From NCBI RefSeq assembly GCF_009914755.1, contig NC_060929.1: 64,000 nucleotides of DNA, one strand, 5' to 3'. The position numbers and the translations under genes were made by a program. Within the stretch, counting starts at the first letter, position 1; the number at the start of each line of letters is the position of its first letter. The notes below the pieces were generated by a model. The model worked only from the letters and a program-made list of their open reading frames with translations. It had not been told where the DNA came from and searched no databases. This document shows, piece after piece, positions 59,283 to 64,000 of the stretch. This DNA is from the human T2T-CHM13v2.0 reference genome, Homo sapiens.

Positions 59283-62200
59283 AAAGTATTAACCATTGTC
59301 ATAGGATTGTCCATTGAATAGAGGGTTTAAGTTATAAGCACGGTAGCATGTATATGGTAAAAGTGCTTAGTAAATTGTCGATGTTAATATTATTAATGAA
59401 ATTTAATCCTGACAATGACAAGCACTAGTAAGTCAAACTGTAGAACTCACATTTTGCAAACACACTCCATGTTTCCTCTTTCTCTGTCTTTGCTCATGCC
59501 TATACCTCAGCTTAGATTGCCTTTGAACCAATCCTTCAAAATTAAGAACCTTTGGAAAAATACTAAAATTTTAGCCTAGGGTTATTGAGTCCAAATACAA
59601 GGAAACCTTGATTTCAAAGCAAATGTTCTCAGTGGCAATAAATTCATTTCAATCTAACAAACATTGTTTCAATACTTTGTATATGTCAAGCATTATGCTA
59701 ATCATAACAGATACTGAAGAAGAATAAGACTTCTTTCTGCCCTCAAGTCATTCATGTCCCATTAGTATATATAGAATTGATGACAAAAAAAGCTATGATA
59801 TAATTCTAATGGGGGTCACAAATTTATTCACATTGCACTTAATGTGAACAGATCATAGATGTCCTTTTGTCTATAACTGATCTTACTTTCTGAGTAGCTC
59901 ATATGCTGCTGAATAGTAAACATAAATATTAAATTTTCCCATCATAGTAAAATGTTTATCTTATGCCTTACTCTCCTTTAAAACTTCGTCTCTTATCTAT
60001 CTAAATAATGCTTCAGTTTACAAGCGTTCCACTCCAAGAAGACATCCACGTTTACTAAAGGTAGTTTGCTTGACTTCGCAGCATTAGAACAAAGAAAACT
60101 CCCTTGCCCTCTACTGATTCTTGTGTCTGTGCTGGCTGGGGTTTTGAGGCATTGGTACCAAGGTTCCCATTCTTGTGGAATATGTTGCTTCCTGCTTCTC
60201 AACTACTGCCTGGAATAATGTGTGGCTTTTGTCTCTACTTGGTCTGAGGTCAGATAGACTTTCTGTCTGACTGGGCCCCACCTCAGTACTCTAGCTGGCA
60301 TTACATATATATTCTGATTCTTCTCTTCCCTTTCCACCACAGGTTCTTAGACTTAGACATTCTATCTATCATACAGCCTTTGCTATATTTCTCTCTGAAT
60401 CATCTTGGCTCTCATCCATGGAATGTCCACAAACTCTCAGCTACCTGCTGTAATGCCCCTGATATGGGACAAGTAGGAAACTCTGGGTGTCTTAAAACCA
60501 AAGAGAACCAAAAGTAACTCAATAATGCTAAATAGGTACCCTCTATCTGGCTACAGAACTTTGTAAAGAGTCTTCTGCTCTTTACAGGAATATCATGGGT
60601 TGATTCCAGACCTTGGTGTACTACCAGTTGTCCCTCTGAGAGTCCTAAAATCGAAGAGAAGGCAGGCAAACCCTCTCTGGCTTCAATGATCCCATCTATT
60701 ACCTAAAATACTTTTCCATGCCAGAGTTTTATTTTAAAGGAGTGAGGCTTCGACTCACACATGTCAGCCAAGTGTTTCTCTTGCCTCTGCTCTCTTTTGT
60801 CCACATAATTCTCTGTGGCCAGAAGAAGCAAATATTTACTTTGCTTTTTTTTTCTTCCCTGAGAGTTCATCTACATTGCATTTTTTCCAGCTTCTCTCAC
60901 ATAGAAAAGTCTTATGGCAGGCAGAAAAACTGGCTTACTAATAAAGAAAACACAAAAATGTTCTACATATTACATCACTTTTATATTTCAAGAGAGTTTG
61001 GTTAGAATATTCTCTTCTCGATATTTCCCAAAGACTGAAAATTTCTGGTGCTCTTTGTTTACCTTAGAGAGAGAGAGATGCCACAGATTACATCCGAGTC
61101 CTTTTCTTCCTGATTGCCTGCCTCATTGCCTCAATGACATTCCAGCACCTGGCACTAGTCATGGTATTACCCTGACTTTTTGAGCCAGAAACTGATTTAA
61201 GAATCTGGTTTTCTCTCTTCATGTTGTGCTAGCAAGAGCGTCTTCATTTCTCTCTATATACTAAATGAAGAAACAGAAATAGCTTGGGCACAAACTTAAA
61301 ATAAAATAAATGTGTTTTAAATAGTCAAAATACTGTAGCTCCATTTCAGAGATACACAAAAAGTACTTAATGATCCCAACACAATCTCCAAAATAATTTG
61401 ACCTAATTGCAAAAGGACATAACCTAATAGGATTATGAAAGATAAAAAGGAGGTATAAGTTAACCTGGTTGGGGAATGTTCTTGAAGTCAGAAATCATGT
61501 TTTATTTGTCTCTGTATTCTTCATGACACCTAATATAGTTCCTCATGCACTGTAGAAACAGTATTTGTTGAACTGAAGTTCATGGAATTGATGTGTCATA
61601 CTTGGTTACATATTGAATAGTAGAAATTAAAGTCATTCACTGACCCCTTGATAATATAAAAACATATTCATCTGCAAAAACTTCTCACAAAACTCAGGCA
61701 GAACCTGAGATGTTTTGAAAAGCTAGGCTTATTTTTATTTCTTCTAAAAATGAAACCACTTAAATTTAAAAGGTTTACATGGCTGCCACTGTGTTTGGTT
61801 TCTACACCCCATTTCATAAACATTTTCCTGAACCTTTGCTTTTGTTTGCTTTCTATTAAAGGGAGTCTGGGGTTTCTTTGAATGGAAAAAGAGAAGAGCA
61901 GTCATTGTTGCATGTATAGTTCAAAACAGCTTTATTTTCCTGACTGATTCTGCAGTCACAAGAAGCATATCACTGCAGGTGGTTGTGAGTCTGAGATTCA
62001 GCTTGAGGGAGAGCAAATCAATGTTTCACTTTAAGGAAAAATAACTAGCTTTAATCAAAAAATAAAATTCAGGACAATAAATGAAAGCAGTATATATCAT
62101 GTTCAGAAATTATATTAGTGACTCAACAAAGAGCTGAGAAATTCAACATTGTGATATAGTCATCAAAGCTTTCATCTAAGCTTTCTTTGTCTGAAACAGA

Positions 62201-62594
62201 GTTTGGAAATTTAGCAGAAAATGAAATACCCCAAAAAGCAATGTGATCAAAACTCTGTCATACTGATCAGAACAGATCATCTACACAGGAACTAAATAAG
62301 CATGATTTAACTGTATTACTTACACACCACAGAAAGAGATTGAGCTGATTAGAGATTATCCTGGGAATGCTTTTGGAAGAATTTAATTAACGTATTCAGG
62401 TACAGTTTTAAAATAAATAAAGAGAAGCAGTAGAATAAAAATATTTACTATATTATAGAATGCAATACTATCTGGGAATAAATAGAGAGGCATACATTTG
62501 TTTTTGTAGCATAAAGAAGTTATTAGAATTACATTTATGATACTAGAAAAAATATAAATTAAGTGTAAGAGAAGGAAATATAGCATAATAGAAA

Positions 62595-63070
62595 AATATC
62601 TGCTTTTCATTTGGATGAAGTATCATAGGCTGCAATTGGTAAAAATCCAAAAGTTACATTTTTTATCAAGTTGAGGTAAAAGGGGCCTTTATATGTTGCT
62701 AGTGGGAATGCAAAATGATACAGCTCTTGTAGAAGAGAATTTCACCATATCTAGCAAAATCATAAATGCTTTAATTTTGACCCAGCAATCTCTCTTCTAT
62801 AAATCTATCCTAAATATATGAGGAAAAAAATTTTAAAAATACGCAAATGGCAATGAATTAGACCATTATAATTTACTATCACAAAATATTGAAAATAACC
62901 ATTAATGGGAAGCTTGGTGAAATATTTCATAAGTATGCAATGAAGTATACATATTTGTAAAAGAAAAAAAACTAATAACTAGCCATATGGTGAAGTGAGT
63001 CAGCTCCAGTATATATTTCTAAGTGGAGAAACCAAAAAAGAGAAAGTTTGTATAATATGCTACAACTCAT
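62595..63070 (+). mobile_element. Old L1MC/ME-type LINE-1 fragment
   Basis: 'tgttgctagtgggaatgcaaaatgatacagc', 'ttttgacccagcaatctctcttcta'. Confidence 0.6.
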
Positions 63071-63329
63071 CTAAACTATTATTTTTTATCGTTCTATTAA
63101 TGTTGGCTTTTTAATGGAAGGCTAATTCATTGATTTTTAAAACTTGTTATTTATTTTTCTAATTTATCATGTGTTGTTCATTATGTTTTTATCTCAAGCT
63201 ACTTGTTCCAGTTTTGTCTATCTCCCCATTTAGAAAGTTATTTCGCTAGGACTTTTACCTTCTCTCTTTTTACCTCAATTTTTTTGTTCTGTATATTATT
63301 ACTTTCACATTGTTCAGATTTTATCAATT

Positions 63330-63904
63330 TTTTTTTTGTTTTCTCTTTTTTAATTTCAATTTTTATTTTAGATTCAGGAGGTACATGTGCAGGATTGTTA
63401 CAAGGGTACACTGTGTTGTGTTAAGGTTTGGCGTATGATCGAACCCATCACCCACATAGGGAGTATAGTACCAAATAGTTTTTCAACCCTTTCTTTCCTC
63501 CTTCACTTCCCGCCTTATGGTCCCCACTGTCTACTGTCCCCATCTTTATATCTGTGTGTACCTACTGTTTAGCTCCCACTTATAAGTAAGAATATGTGGT
63601 ATTTGGTTTTCTGTTACTGTGTTAATTCACTTAGGATAATGGCCTCTAGATGCATTCACATTGCTGCAAAGGACATGATTTCAATTGTGCTCATGGCTGT
63701 GTAGTATTCCATGGTATATATGTACCACACTTTTTTTTATCCAGTCCTCCAATATTGGACAACTGGCTTGATTCCATTTCTTTGCTATTGTGAATAGCTC
63801 TACAATAAACATACTAGTGCATGAGTCTTTTTGATACAGTGATTATTTTCATTTGGGTGTATAAACAGTAATGGGGTTGCTGGATTAAATGGTAGTTCTA
63901 TTTT
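63330..63904 (-). mobile_element. L1PA15/16-like LINE-1 3' end
   Basis: 'ttagattcaggaggtacatgtgcagg', 'tttagctcccacttataagtaagaatatgtggtatttgg'. Confidence 0.9.
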
Positions 63905-64000
63905 TATTTTTGATTTTTTTGAGATAGGGTCTCGCTCTGTTCCCGAGTTAGAGTGCAGTGACCTGATCACAGAAGCAATCCTCCCACCTCAGTCTCCCAG
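63905..64000 (-). mobile_element. AluJ/FLAM-like element, internally deleted, running off the window end
   Basis: 'gagatagggtctcgctctgt...gagtgcagtg...atcacag|aagcaatcctcccacctcag'. Confidence 0.8.

Overview
Primate (very probably human) AT-rich, non-coding genomic DNA. No host protein-coding exon, RNA gene or CRISPR-like array can be supported. Essentially every ORF in the track maps to L1 ORF2 remnants, Alu/LTR sequence, a stop-free TA-rich minisatellite, or chance. The window is dense in transposon fossils: about 11 L1 pieces (L1PA3/4 to L1M), 10 Alus, solo LTRs (THE1, LTR12/ERV9, MER41, MER31/67-like, LTR16A, MLT1), DNA transposon remnants (MER1A, MER44, MER81, MER5, MER104), and MIR/L2 fragments. 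Subfamily names come from recalled consensus sequences, not from a search. I see no new biological system. The notable signals are retrotransposition-mechanism footprints: three 5'-inverted (twin-primed) young L1s, one of which has lost its whole 3' end; a probable short 3' transduction; an L1 carrying a duplicated copy of its own 3' terminus; one target site hit by two Alus; and a nested L1 stack with recognisable TSDs. There is also a CpG-rich LTR12 promoter apparently missing its start-site region, a nearly abutting inverted Alu pair, a GGAA microsatellite and a polarised VNTR.
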